Source of the DNA: Podarcis erhardii
Lineage: Eukaryota
Assembly (NCBI GenBank): GCA_964252035.1
Contig: OZ176205.1
Length of the DNA stretch: 64,000 bases
Reading direction: 5' to 3' (one strand)
Positions within the stretch are counted from its first letter, which is position 1, and every line of letters starts with the position of its first letter. Positions 23,869 through 36,104 of this stretch are shown one piece after another. Both the position numbers and the translations under genes were made by a program. Below the pieces are notes generated by a model. The model worked only from the letters and a program-made list of their open reading frames with translations. It did not search any database and was not told where the DNA came from.

Positions 23869-24901
23869 CATAGAATCATAGAGTTGGAAGAGACCACAAG
23901 GGCCATCGAGTCCAACCCCCTGCCAAGCAGGAAACACCATCAGAGCACTCCTGACATATGGTTGTCAAGCCTTAAAGACCTCCAAAGAAGGAGACTCCAC
24001 CACACTCCTTGGCAGCAAATTCCACTGTCGAACAGCTCTTACAGTCAGGAAGTTCTTCTTAATGTTTAGGTAGAATCTTCTTTCTTGTAGTTTGGAACCA
24101 TTGCTCCGTGTCTGCTTCTCTGGAGCAGCAGAAAACAACCTTTCTCCCTCCTCTATGTGACATCCTTTTATATATTTGAACATTGCTATCATATCACCCC
24201 TTAACCTCATCTTCTCCAGGCTAAACATGCCCAGCTCCCTTAGCCGTTCCTCATAAGGCATCGTTTCCAGGCCTTTGACCATTTTGGTTGCCCTCCTCTG
24301 GACACGTTCCAGTTTGTCAGTGTCCTTCTTGAACTGTGGTGCCCAGAACTGGACACAGTACTCCAGGTGAGGTCTGACCAGAGCAGAATACAGTGGCACT
24401 ATTACTTCCCTTGATCTAGATGCTATACTCCTATTGATGCAGCCCTGAATTGCATTGGCTTTTTTAGCTGCCGCGTCACACTGTTGGCTCGCCAAGTTTG
24501 TGGTCAACCAAGACTCCTAGATCCTTTTCACATGTACTGCTCTCAAGCCAGGTGTCACCCATCTTGTATTTGTGCCTCTCAGTTTTTTTGCCCAAGTGCA
24601 ATACTTTACATTTCTCCCTGTTAAAATTCATCTTGTTTGTTTTGGCCCAGTTCTCTAATCTGTCAAGGTCGTTTTGAAGTGTGATCCTGTCCTCTGGGGT
24701 GTTAGCCACCCCTCCCAGTTTGGTGTCATCTGCAAATTTGATCAGGATGCCCTTGAGTCCATCATCCAAGTCATTGATAAAGATGTTGAATAAGACCGGG
24801 CCCAAGACAGAACCCTGTGGCACCCCACTAGTCACTCTTCTCCAGGTTGAAGAGGAACCATTGATGAGCACCCTTTGGGTTCGGTCAGTCAGCCAGTTAC
24901 A
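23869..24901 (-). mobile_element. young 5'-truncated CR1 LINE (ORF2 RT C-terminus plus 3' UTR), frameshifted
   Basis: ORFs 24476-24871 and 23965-24507 give GVPQGSVLGPVLFNIFINDLD..KFADDTKL and [24 protein letters not shown]. (TTCTATGA)-type tail at 23869-23882. Frameshift near 24490. Confidence 0.97.
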
Positions 24902-26358
24902 TGTCCCCAGGCAGACGATACATATCTAGAAATACACAATTTTTGGTCATTGAAGGAGCTTTTGAGCCGAAGCACACACTGCATCCTCATTATATATCAG
25001 CAGGAAATTATTCAGCAGGGTGCTCAGTTAATGAGATGCTGCATTGTGGTAAATCTGGAAAAGTAGCCATTTTGGTGTCACAAGGTGAAGTCCTCTTTCA
25101 GTGAAAAAGATGCTTAACTTAAACTGTTGTTATTGTCTAGGTTTTTTTCTGTCTTTTAAAAAATTCTTATTTCCAAGGCAGTTGTGGAGAGACAGTTTCA
25201 CTATATGTGGCCCTCCCCAACCACAATAAGAGCGGGTTTGGAGAATAAGGCAGGAGCTGCTGAATATTATAATGTAAACGGGTCAGTATCTTTGAGCCCA
25301 GTCACCCACTTCTACCTATCAACAGCAGAAGAGATTTACAAACCTCTTTAACAGGCACAAGTACAGAAGCATTGGGCTCCAATCCTACACACACTCAGTA
25401 AGTCACACTGAATTCAGTGGCTCTTACTTTTGAGTAGACACATGTAGGCTTGTGCTCTTGTGACATGCCTAACATCAACGCAGCTGTGCCAGTTTAATAT
25501 GTTCTTCTTCATCATCCAGCTTTCTCACGCAGCAATACAAGGGACACAACTTAGTCTCACTGGCACAAAAACATACCAGAATTGCAGACCCGAGGTCAAA
25601 GAGCATCACCCCAAAATGTACCTTGTCCACATTCACAATTTTCAGATACCTATAGCACTTTAAACAAGCTAGCTATTATACATGATATGCTGATGTTAAG
25701 CTTATCACCATGCAGTATATTTAAACTTTTAAGAAATTCAAAATAACTCACTAAATGTTTAGCTGCATGCCTGTAATATAAAGTTTTATGTAACTTTCAG
25801 GTTCCTTTCCTCCTGACAATTCCTTGCTGTATTTACCAACCTGGTCTTTTCCAATATGCTTCTCAAACACATGATAAACTAAGAAGATCCTTCTGGTTCA
25901 GCCCAATGACCCATCTAACCCTGCATTATGTTCTCACAGCGGCCAACCAGATGCCTGGGGGAAGCCCACAAACACAGGGCCTGAACACAACAGCACTCTC
26001 CCCACCCCCCTGTTCCACCCATCTGTTCTCTTCCAGCACTTCTATTCCCAGTCTTGCTTTCCTACGCATCTTACTCCCTTTCCCCTTCTTGCCTTGGATA
26101 ATCTGACCTGCCATTTCCACCAGTGGCAGCTGCAGGCTCTTCAAAATGTCAAACTGCTGTGCAACAGAAAGGCAGCTGGGGTCATTACTGAAAGAGGCTT
26201 CTTCATCACCACTAGAGCCATAAAAACAATTCCCTTTGTAGATTATAGTACAGATACTGAGAAGAAGCAGGCTTCTCTGTTTCCTTAGTTGTCTTTGAAA
26301 AGTGTTTAAAGTTCTAGCCATCATTTGAGAGCCTTGAGCAACTTCACTGTGTTAGAAC

Positions 26359-26483
26359 CAGGGCATTTTTTTCCAGCCATAATTCAGTTCCGGCACCTGT
26401 CAGGTGGGCCATTGCCATTATATGAGAACAAGGGAAGTGTTCATGGTGAGTTCTGGTACCTATTTTCCTAGAAAATAGCACTG
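26359..26483. mobile_element. hAT-type MITE
   Basis: Ends CAGGGCATTTTTT / GAAAATAGCACTG, internal repeat AGTTC(C/T)GG(C/T)ACCT, degenerate TSD gttagaac/attagaga. Confidence 0.55.
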
Positions 26484-28840
26484 ATTAGAGATATTTAACT
26501 TCATTTCTTGCTTCACCTAAGGTAGATTCAAAGTTTAAATACTATGTGTATTCAAAAAGATATGAACCTTATACTTTTCCATAATTACCAGAAAAGACAG
26601 AAGAGTGCTGTTTAGTTTACATTACTAAAGGTATTTTAAAAGAGAAAATATTGTGAACATTTTGCTTCTTATTTAAAAGTCTTCGCTGATAAGAAAATGT
26701 ATAAATCTTAAATACCATATCATAATTTAAAGAGGTATGAGTGGGAGGCATTCCAATAGAGAGATTATTTATTTTCACCTTATATTTTACAGTGCTGGCA
26801 CAGTGACGTAGCAATAAATAATCTGCCTTTTTCCACACATAAAGCAAATAGGGGGTATGTGCCTCATAACTAATATAAATCCTGATTTCCCCCTCCCCCA
26901 CCTGTTAGCTTGGTTCATAAAAGTAATATTATAATTTTACTCTACTTTGCAACCTCCACAGATAATTATTCGGAGTTTGTCAATCCAAGCCTTGCTTCCA
27001 TCTCCATACAAATTTGAGGGTTTGAAAAGTGACATCTTGTTCTGTGGAGATCACCCCCTAAACTTGCATTCATCCGCAAGTAGAGCAACACAGGATGTAT
27101 TTCACAAGGCCTTCTGCCTATATCACCATAACCACATTTGGAATCCCTGTTCCCTATGGAGAAGGCCAAGAATGCAGTCCTTTCCTCCTAGCTGGAAGCA
27201 AGGGTTACAGCCAGATATAAAGATATTGCACATGTGGCTCTGCCATATTCTTATCCATTCATTTATTCATGAAATGTATTTATTAAATTTATATTCCTCC
27301 CTTCAAACCCAGAGCAGTGCATGACAAAATATATATATAATATGGAGATCATAAAACAACAATTATAAACTGGATATTTATTTATTTTTTCCTTCACTTA
27401 ATTTTTCATTTGTGCCACGTTCTGCTTTTGTAACTGGTGTTCTACTGCTGTTAGTTAGGTTCCCCCCCAGAAAACATAGCATTTAAATTAATTGATAACC
27501 TATTCAATTTCAAGCCATAATGTGGAAACATGGCCTCTTTGCTACTATTCAGCTCTTGTCAATATATCAAGTAAAATCCCAACTTGTGTGATTTACCATA
27601 GGGGGAGAGGGACATCTAAAATGGAATTTGCACAAATTGTCAAAACAATAAATTGTCATTTTGTTCAAAGCCAAAGCAATATTAAAAATAGGACCAGCTT
27701 CTAGTGCCACCCCCCCCATGCACAACACTAAAGTGAAGCAGTAATTAAAGTTTTTAATTGGCATGGATAATCCAGACAGAAATCTAATATCTTTCTCATT
27801 GTGAGGAAATCCAAATCCAAAGGATTCTCTTTTAGCTACCCAAATGTAGAATAATTCTTTTCAAAGCATTTCCATAAGCATTTTGCTATGCACAGCGGGT
27901 ATCTCGCACAAAAATTTACATAACAGACTTGACTTACCTCTTTGGATCCATTCTAATCTACTTATTAAAATGTGTAGGGCAGTATTTTTCTTCCCTGACA
28001 AAAAACTGGAGTGTACATATATAGCTCAGCCAGAACAAATTTCCCTTCTAAGTCAAGCATACAATTTTCAAATGTGGTATTAGACAAGAGTCTGTACGGA
28101 AACCCACCGTATCGCTCAGTAACCCTCTAGTCACATCCCAATGTATGATTTCCATAAAAAGAGCTGTGCTCCAGTATCATCTGCACGCTTTTTAATAATT
28201 CAGAAGATGGGGAATTGTATAGTTAGTTATAATCCAGAGTCCAACGTATTTTCCAAAGGTCCCCTTAAACTCTCATTGCCAACTGTGATGGTTTATACTG
28301 TGTACTGAATGCTTTTTTTCCTCTTCTGTAGTAAACAGTGCACCCAAGTTGCATACACAAGGCAATATTTAATATTCACATACTATGGAGGCAGCTTACT
28401 GAGAGCTGATCCTGAAATGAAGGTGGCAGAACAGCCATTTTATGGATAACTGTGAGATAGATTTCACATTTTTCACAAGCCCGAAACCTGCTTATGAGAC
28501 TTGTTGAAAGAAACCACCTCACTAACTGAATTCTTGGGAAATGAATACTGATGAGAACAAAAGCTTTCTTCGAAAGTCTATTGTTTTATCTAGTTTTGAA
28601 TCCATTTCAGAATTTTCTACACACACACACACTTTACAGTCCTTGAGAAATATACATATTGTCATTGCCCTCACTTGCTTTAACTGACATTAGTTGCCTT
28701 CAGTGATCATCATTTGGTCATATATCTTTATAGCATCATAACCAAATTACATCCACTATATCAAAGGTGGAGAACTGGATTTGTCCAGCAGGACAAGTCC
28801 GAGAGGTGAACAAGGCCTCTCACCTGTCAATCACCTCACA

Positions 28841-29180
28841 GTTGGGTATGTGTAACCTGGTAAAGAGAAGTCTGAGAGGTGATTTCATAGCCATCTTAAA
28901 ATATACATGAAGGGCTGTCACATAGAAGATGGAGCAAGCTTCTTTTCTCCTGCTCCTGAGGGACCCAAACCAATGGATTAAAATTGCAGGAAATGAGATT
29001 CTAACTAAACATCAGAAGGACTTTCTGACAGCAAGAGCTGGCAGCTGGCAGTGGAACAGACTACCTTGGAGAGTGTAGAATCTACTTCCTTGGAGGTTCT
29101 TTTTAAAACATATGTGGGATGGCTATCTGTCAGGGATTCTTTAGCTGCAATTCCTGCACTGCAGTGTCAAGTGGGACCCA
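28841..29180 (+). mobile_element. old CR1 LINE 3' fragment
   Basis: AAGAGAAGTCTGAGAGGTGAT...AAGGGCTGTCACATAGAAGATGG...GCAGTGGAACAGACTACCT...CCTTGGAGGTT parallels the reverse complement of the young CR1 at 23.9-24.3 kb. Confidence 0.8.
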
Positions 29181-29389
29181 GAGAATGAGCTAAGTAGTGC
29201 TGGCAATAGGCCCTTCAAAAACCGGAGGCAAGTGCCCAACCATGTCAACCTCTGGTGCCCGGGGTAGGAAAGGAGGAGTGTGTTCTCGGGGCAGGGAGTT
29301 GGTGGGTGGGGCTCCTGAAGAGTAGATGCAGTGGGGTGGGCAGATGGAAACCAGAAGGGAATTTTGAGTGAAACCATAAAATTAATATT

Positions 29390-29518
29390 TTTATTTTTAT
29401 TTTTATTTTTATTATTATTAGTATTATTAGTATTATTAGTATTATTAGTATTATTATTAATACCCTGTCCATCTGGCTGGGTTTCCGCAGCTACTCTGGG
29501 TGGCTCCCAACAGAATTA

Positions 29519-29557
<39 letters not shown>

Positions 29558-29565
29558 GTGATGAT
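29390..29565. repeat. (ATTATTAGT)4 and (GAT)n microsatellites flanking a probable short LINE 3'-end remnant
   Basis: 9-mer units at 29414-29449 and a (GAT) run at about 29519-29564. The intervening ATACCCTGTCCATCTGGCTGGGTTTCC...CTCTGGGTGGCTCCCAACA resembles squamate L2-type 3' ends in minus orientation. Confidence 0.6.
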
Positions 29566-29999
29566 AAAGCGATAAGAGAGGCATATAAGATTCATTTCTC
29601 CCTTTCAAACATACCAGGCACTCCAAACCACAGCCGTTCCTACTAGAAAGACTTCATCTTCTGGTCTGGTTGCATACTCCTGACTCTCTTAAGGCTGCCC
29701 AAGGCTCTGTGTTATGACATGTGGCTTTCCTCCATCAAAAAAAATTAGGTTGTCAGTACCTTCGGGGAAGAAGAATCTACATTTTCATGCGGACTGTTAC
29801 TGCATACTTGGTACAGATTTTCATATATAGATATATGTAATGTCCAACCTAAAGCTGAACAGGAAAACATTTGCTCTCCTTCACTGTGGGAGTCTTTTAT
29901 CGCATTTGAATACTACTATGTTCCCTTCATTTTCTTATCTCTAAGCTATATGCACACAGTTCCTTTGGCCTTTCATTACCAGCCTCATGCTTTTGAACT

Positions 30000-30570
30000 T
30001 CATTATCACATTTACAGCTTTCCCTAGTCTTCACCAACCGATTGTACCCCTCAGGGGACTCCAGCAGCTTTGAGGACTGTATTATGAACTGGTATCCAAA
30101 GACAATCAAAAGGATTTATGGCATGGCTGGAGCTGAGGATTCCTTCCCACCCTTAAGAATCTTCTTCCTGAAAGCACTTGATCTAAATCAGACAACTGCA
30201 CAAGCTTAGTTAACCGTGCCTCCCCATGCCTAAGAACAACTGGAGGGCTCCATCCCCTCTGGGACAACAGTAATTCTAAAATGCCTAATCCTGGATTTAT
30301 TTTCAATTTTGTCCGTTTTAGAAAGCAATCTCTTGTTATCCTCTATCAGGCCTGTCAAAACGACTCTATGATGTGAGATTATTATCTCTGTCTGGAGAGA
30401 GTGCCCACTTATTCTTTTGTGCAGTGCTGGATGTTGTTCCTTTACTCTTTTTACCTTTCCTGTTATTTCAAAGTCCTTGGTAGCTGCATTTCTACTGTTG
30501 CACACCTCTGGAACCGATTGTATGATTTCATAACATTTTTGAGCATAGGAGATACAGAATAGTTTCAAGT
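30000..30570 (-). mobile_element. L1-clade ORF1p remnant
   Basis: ORF 30230-30568(-) contains EDNKRLLSKTDKIENKSRIRHFRITVVPEGME, similar to the L1 ORF1p motif L.DK..DLENRSRRNNLRI.G.PEG.E. Confidence 0.5.
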
Positions 30571-30605
30571 CTATTTCTCTATACCCCTGGTCTCAAAAGA
30601 CCCAC

Positions 30606-30646
30606 CCTTCCTTCCTTCCTTCCTTCCTTCCTTCCTTCCTTCCTTC
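30606..30646. repeat. (CCTT)n microsatellite
   Basis: Read directly from the sequence. Confidence 0.95.
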
Positions 30647-32951
30647 AACATATTAGGAAGTGTTGAGGTTTCAAAATTGTGACTTACATTGCCCATATGC
30701 AAACATTCTGAATGAGAAAATCCAAACATAAGTTTCTGCTTCCCATATTTTCATGGAGCAGAGTCTATATAAATTACTGCAATCCTGATCCTATTCCATA
30801 GTTTAGCTCAAAATTGGGTCATCATCATCATCAAACATGGCACCACTTCCCTACTCTTCAGAAGCCGGTGGATCCTGATCAGAAACTGGCTTAAAACAAC
30901 TTGCTATGCCAACACCTGTAAGATTTTTGGTTTTTTTTTAAAAAAAAACCCTCATTCTCTAGAGATCTAGTATAAGTTCAAATAAATATTTACAGAAGGT
31001 CATTAAGTGTGATGCTTTGAAAATAATCTGATTTAATTCACTCGGACTTATTCCAAAATTAAGTGTGCATAGCCCCAGGCTAGAGTCCTATGAATATTTA
31101 CTTGGGGATAAGACCACTGAATGCATTGAGATTTACTTTTGAGTAAACACATGTAGGATCAAGTTATTATTCAGCAATGAGTTGCCTTTGGGCAATGTTG
31201 TTAACTTGTTTTTATTATTTTAAATCTAACTTCATTTCAAATTAAGTGGGTGGCTACCAAATACCTTTCAGTTGCACCCATCTCCAGCTCTGTGGCAGAT
31301 CTTGATTTTTCTTAAGCACCCCCACCCCCCTTGATATGTAATTAATTGCTTCACCTTCTCAAAGACCATTACTTTCACTTTTTTGTCTCATGGGGGGGAA
31401 TATTTCTTTTTCAACCTAGTCTTCATGTTATAATTATTCATTCTTTCCATAGCGTTGGAGTAAGTGGTTGTTTTTCATAGCAGCATACAGCTTTCTTTCA
31501 CATGATTTCACATTGTAAAAATAGGAAAAATGATATAATGTTAGTATATATATACTAATCCACTGAATGAGTGTCACTTTTTAGAAGATCTACTGCTGTA
31601 CCAGAGGTCAAAAGCTGTTACATTCATTTTCCAGTCCATATTGCTGGAATCGTGACTTCATTCAAAATCTGGGCTGGGGAAACCTTAGGTGAAATGTTAA
31701 GAAACATGAAAAGCCTGCAATCAGCAGCACCTAAATATAGTATACTGACTCTCGTAGTCTTTAATAGGGTCGTCCATTATGCTATAATGATTATAGGGTG
31801 TCTGCCTTGAGTGGCTCCTTTCCCTTCAGTCTTAACACTTTGGGTCAGTCTCAAATGCCACCTTTTCTCAGCTGCTTCAGCATTAATCAGCCACCAAGTG
31901 GAAGAAATGGCTGCTTTTCCCAGGAGGCCACTAGCAATTGCATCCCAGATCTCCCATTGCCAAAATGTGGAAATCCATCAGTCCCAGCTATTAAGTGCTA
32001 ATGAGAGCAAGGTTTCTGCGCATTTAATAACCGTGTGGGAGCAGGGATTTCATCAGGTGATGCTTGTCTCACTTGTAGATGACAAACTGCCGCCTTTCTA
32101 TGCAACTGTAAAAGTACGCCAGCACAGTGTGCTTCTTTGCATCTTCCCCTTGTTGGAGTTCATACAGGTGATGGCTTGCACCACTCTCTATTACTGGTAT
32201 TCAGTATTTTATATTTATTCAATAGGTTATTAACAGTAATCAGCTTTTGTCATGTGATGGTGAGACCTTTGTTCTTGAATCCTGTTTTAGGTACATAAAA
32301 ATCATGAAAGCTACTTCTGACCTATCTGGGCCCCATAGGAACCTGTGGCATCCCCAGACACTCTGGGGTTCTCCAGTGGTGTACTATACATCTCAGTTCC
32401 ATCACCTCCCTGTTAGTGAAAAAGATTCACATGCCCCAGAATGCTGTTCCCACTGCAGCATATGTTGATCAAAACAACTCTTCCTTTTTTTGCTAGATTT
32501 GTAGTTATTAATGACACTGGGATTAGAAAACAAATGGCTTCTTGTGAATCTATACTGCCATTTTCTAACACGTGAACTTGTGCTACAGTGTTGTGATTAT
32601 GCCTCTGAAGTTGTTGTGTTTGCTAATCTGCCATGAACCAGTCATAGTTGGAAGCTAGCTTCTATGGGTCCTACCAAAGGTCCATTTATTCAAATATTGC
32701 TTCTGTCTGATGGTGTGAGTGAAAGCAACTTGTGTGGCAGAACAGTCATCAAGGAGGAAATAAATCTGTGGCTAGCCAAAGGTTGAAGGGTATAGATGAC
32801 TCACCAGCTTCACTCAAACATCAAAGATAAAGAATAGAGATGAGCTGGATATGATTTGCGTAACAAACATTGTCATATGCAGCCAAGCAAAGGTAGGTAA
32901 AGGTAAAGGTATCTTATTGCAGCCAAGCAATAAGATAATGAATGCATGAAA

Positions 32952-32952
<1 letters not shown>

Positions 32953-32982
<30 letters not shown>
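32953..32982. repeat. (CA)15 microsatellite
   Basis: Read directly from the sequence. Confidence 0.95.
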
Positions 32983-32984
<2 letters not shown>

Positions 32985-34662
32985 GCATACAAACCAATGC
33001 ATAAAACACCCCCTTCACTTTTTTAGCTTGTATGTCATACCATGGGTCAAGCTACTAGTATCCTTTCTATATAGCCCTCTAAGTGCTTAGGACGGCATAC
33101 CAAGAGTTAGAGCATCACAAAACGTATCACTACACCACAGTTGAAAAAGCAGAAGTATCAGCACAAATGATTAAAATAGAGCTGCCAGTAATTTCATCAT
33201 AGACTTTATAAAATGCTGCAGTTACTGTGGGATGGAAACCATAGGCACAGACAGGAATCATTCACTCTTAAACACTCAAATGTTTTGCAAATAAAAATAA
33301 ACCAAAACAATAATTATTAGTTATGAGATAGGCACACTTAAGGAAATATCTCAATTTGCATTCAACGTCTAGATATTAAGAGCTCATCTGGTGTTTAAGA
33401 GGGGCATTTAATTAACTATTAGTTTCCCATTTAATTATTTAAGGCTAGTAATGATCAATATCCATGCTATTGCATTGATACTCCATGCCTGACATTGCCC
33501 AGTTTAGAAAGAAACAAAGAAACACCAAACCACAGCTGCCGTTTTCAAACATGCCGAATCTTTTAAGGGACTTTGCAGCTGGATTTTTCTACAAAAGTTT
33601 ATTTATTTCAAGCCAAATGAACTGAAAGATCATATGTGAATATTAGCTATAAGCAGCATAGTCTGCAACCTTGCACACTCTTAAGTCCTATACATGTCTA
33701 CTCAATGGGTCAATGGAACTATACCTCTTATGGTAAGTGTTCATAGGATTAGAGCCTTGCTGAGGATATAGACTGTAAGGAATAATAATCGCTAATCATG
33801 TGACTGCAGTGCAAAGCAGTCATGTGCAGACAAATCATTTATCAACAACACAAATCTTCATTCTTTCCTCAGAGGCAATGCTTTTCAGTGCTGTTGGAAA
33901 TGCATCACTTTACATCCAGCACCACAAACAGAAATAGAACTCAACATATGCTATGGTATTCACTGGAGTCAATTTATTAATTTAGATGCTAATCAAAGGA
34001 TTATATACATATTTGAGTGAACCAGTCTGAAGATTTCCAAACAAATGTGGAATTCACAAAATATAATCTTGCTATGTGTATCTAAGAAAATGTCTCGTTC
34101 CTTATTCTGCATTTATTTCTTCTGTTGCTGCTTGCAATCTTTTCCCAGACTTGAAATCTCATCAGACTTGCTTTATGGTTTATTATTTCTCTTGGTTTAT
34201 ATCTGCAATATAAATATGCCCAATTAGGCTCGTCTAGTGTGCTATATTAAAGAAGACTAAAATGCAGACATATGGTCATCATCATCACAATTCCCTGAGC
34301 AAGCAGCATTTATAATGGCTTAATATGCAGTTGTGACATTTACAGATCAGAAACTGTGGATGCATTTCAGTGTTGTGTCAATGGGTCATAAAAAATACAT
34401 TAGCACTGTAAAAGGAATCACACAGGAAGGTGACGAAGGAAGAACATGTTTAGATGCTGCCTGTTGGTTGCCCTCCTGTTAATTATGGCACGGTATGCTG
34501 GAGAGGAAGTGAAAGAGCATTATTATTCAACGCATTTGCATGAACAGAATTAGAAGTCAGCTGTGCATCGGGAACAAAGGGCATGCTTTATAAGCAACTG
34601 TAAGGGAAGCAATTCCACCAAGAAGTACTTGTTGCTGCAACCTCTGTTGATTTGAATAGAGC

Positions 34663-34850
34663 GAACACATGAAACTTCCTTATTTTTGAGTCAGGGTTTG
34701 GTCCATCCTGCCCAGTGCTGGCAGCAGCTCTTCTGGGTTCTTCTCAGGTCTGCTCCCTGAAATTGTTCTAACTAGAAATGGAGTCTTGGATTGAACCTGA
34801 GAACTTCTGCTTAAACAACATGCATTGAATTACTGAGCTATGCCTTCCCC
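34663..34850 (-). mobile_element. degenerate Squam2-like SINE
   Basis: Reverse complement begins GGGGAAGGCATAGCTCAGT...GCAGAAGTTCTCAGGTTCAATCC. Similar to 6668-6848. Confidence 0.6.
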
Positions 34851-35459
34851 CGATAAAGAAGACTATGAGGGATTTATTTGATTGGTACTTTGAGTGTTTA
34901 AACTCCTTTTAGAATATCTCTATCATAAAAGAAGAAGGATTAGCAAGAGATTGGGCAGAGGATGCATGCTGGGTGGGTGGAAGGAAGAGAATGTATGCAT
35001 AGGAAGAAATGTTTTAAGATGTGACATATGTACTTCTCGGTTAATTGTCATCTGTGGCTAGTAGTCACTTTGGTGTTGTTGTTGTTTTAAAAAGGGAGAC
35101 ATTTGTCCTATTTCTTTCTGTATTCACTTGCTTATGAGATTCCCCAGGAGCATGCTCCCATTGCTCTGCTATTTCCTCCTCGTGCTTTCAGCTTACCTTC
35201 CACAGATACGTTTGCTCAGTGTAATGGCATCATGTCTCATATTGGTATTTTGCTTTGGGCAACTAAGTGTTGCCTTTTTGTTAATGCACAAGTTTTGTCC
35301 TGTTTGCTGCAAATATCATCATTGTATATAAACATGACTATTAATAATTCCAGTTCAATAATAATAATGACAACATATAGAGACTTTGTTCAGACAGTAA
35401 TGCTTCCCTTTGCTATGCCCTGTCTGTCAGGAAAACTGCACCTTAAGGCACTCCAAAGG

Positions 35460-35596
35460 CAGGGCCGGCCCCAGGCAGCAGGATCCACAGGGACAACAGA
35501 TCCTGATACCAATGTTCACTCACCCCTTCTTCCCTGGGGGGGGGGGCACCATTTTGTGGTTCGCCTCAGGGGCCAAAATGTCTTGGGCTGGCCCTG
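35460..35596. mobile_element. hAT (Tip100-like) MITE
   Basis: TIR CAGGGCCGGCCC / GGGCTGGCCCTG and 8-bp TSD tccaaagg/tccaaaga (7/8). Confidence 0.8.
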
Positions 35597-36018
35597 TCCA
35601 AAGACATTGGTATAAAATTACTTGGATACTGAATAACTGTGAGCCTGCAATCTGACAACAAATTAAGTAGGCATTGATCCCAAAAAATCCCCATTGTATT
35701 TGTGTCTGTGTAACTGGGCACTTGAGCCCTGGTTAAGCATTCACCTGAATGCTTGTGTGGGTAGAAGAGGAGAGATGTGGCAGTGCTTCTGGACAAGCTG
35801 CCTTCACTTCAGAACTTTGGAGAAGACTGTATCAGGGCTCATGAGCATGCTTAGCATCCCCCTTCAGACCCCTCCTCTCCACACAAAGGAGGTCTGAAAT
35901 GCAGCTGGTCCACATGGGAAGGTTGGGATCAGGACTTGCATGCTCACCCCTGCCCTGGCTGCCCTCTTTAAGTGCACACGTGTTCACTCCAAAAGCCTGG
36001 AGAAAGCTAATATTGATA

Positions 36019-36104
36019 GCACAATCCTATGCATGTGTATTCAGAAGTAACTCCCACTGTATTAATCTGGGCTTACTCCCATTAAGGGTGCATAGGATTG
36101 CCGC
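36019..36104. mobile_element. ~90-bp palindromic MITE-like repeat (best copy of a multi-copy family)
   Basis: Perfect 12-bp inverted ends CAATCCTATGCA (36022-36033) / TGCATAGGATTG (36089-36100). Related copies near 23515, 25373, 31075, 33661, 36485 and 39455. Confidence 0.7.

Noticed and set aside
23854-24915. Possible CR1 TSD ACATGTTCACAGACA / ACATGTCCCCAGGCA
   Set aside because: Three mismatches in 15 is too many for so young an element, and the boundaries overlap the element.
25926-26324. 132-aa minus-strand ORF with a basic stretch (GKKGKGSKMRRK)
   Set aside because: No family recognised. The basic run derives from a plus-strand pyrimidine tract.
33914-33930. REST/NRSE-like TCCAGCACCACAAACAG
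   Set aside because: Lacks the critical GG of the GGACAG half-site.
35103-35615. 170-aa ORF, longest non-TE ORF in the track
   Set aside because: Low-complexity composition, its C-terminus reads through a hAT MITE, and there is no homology or exon signal.
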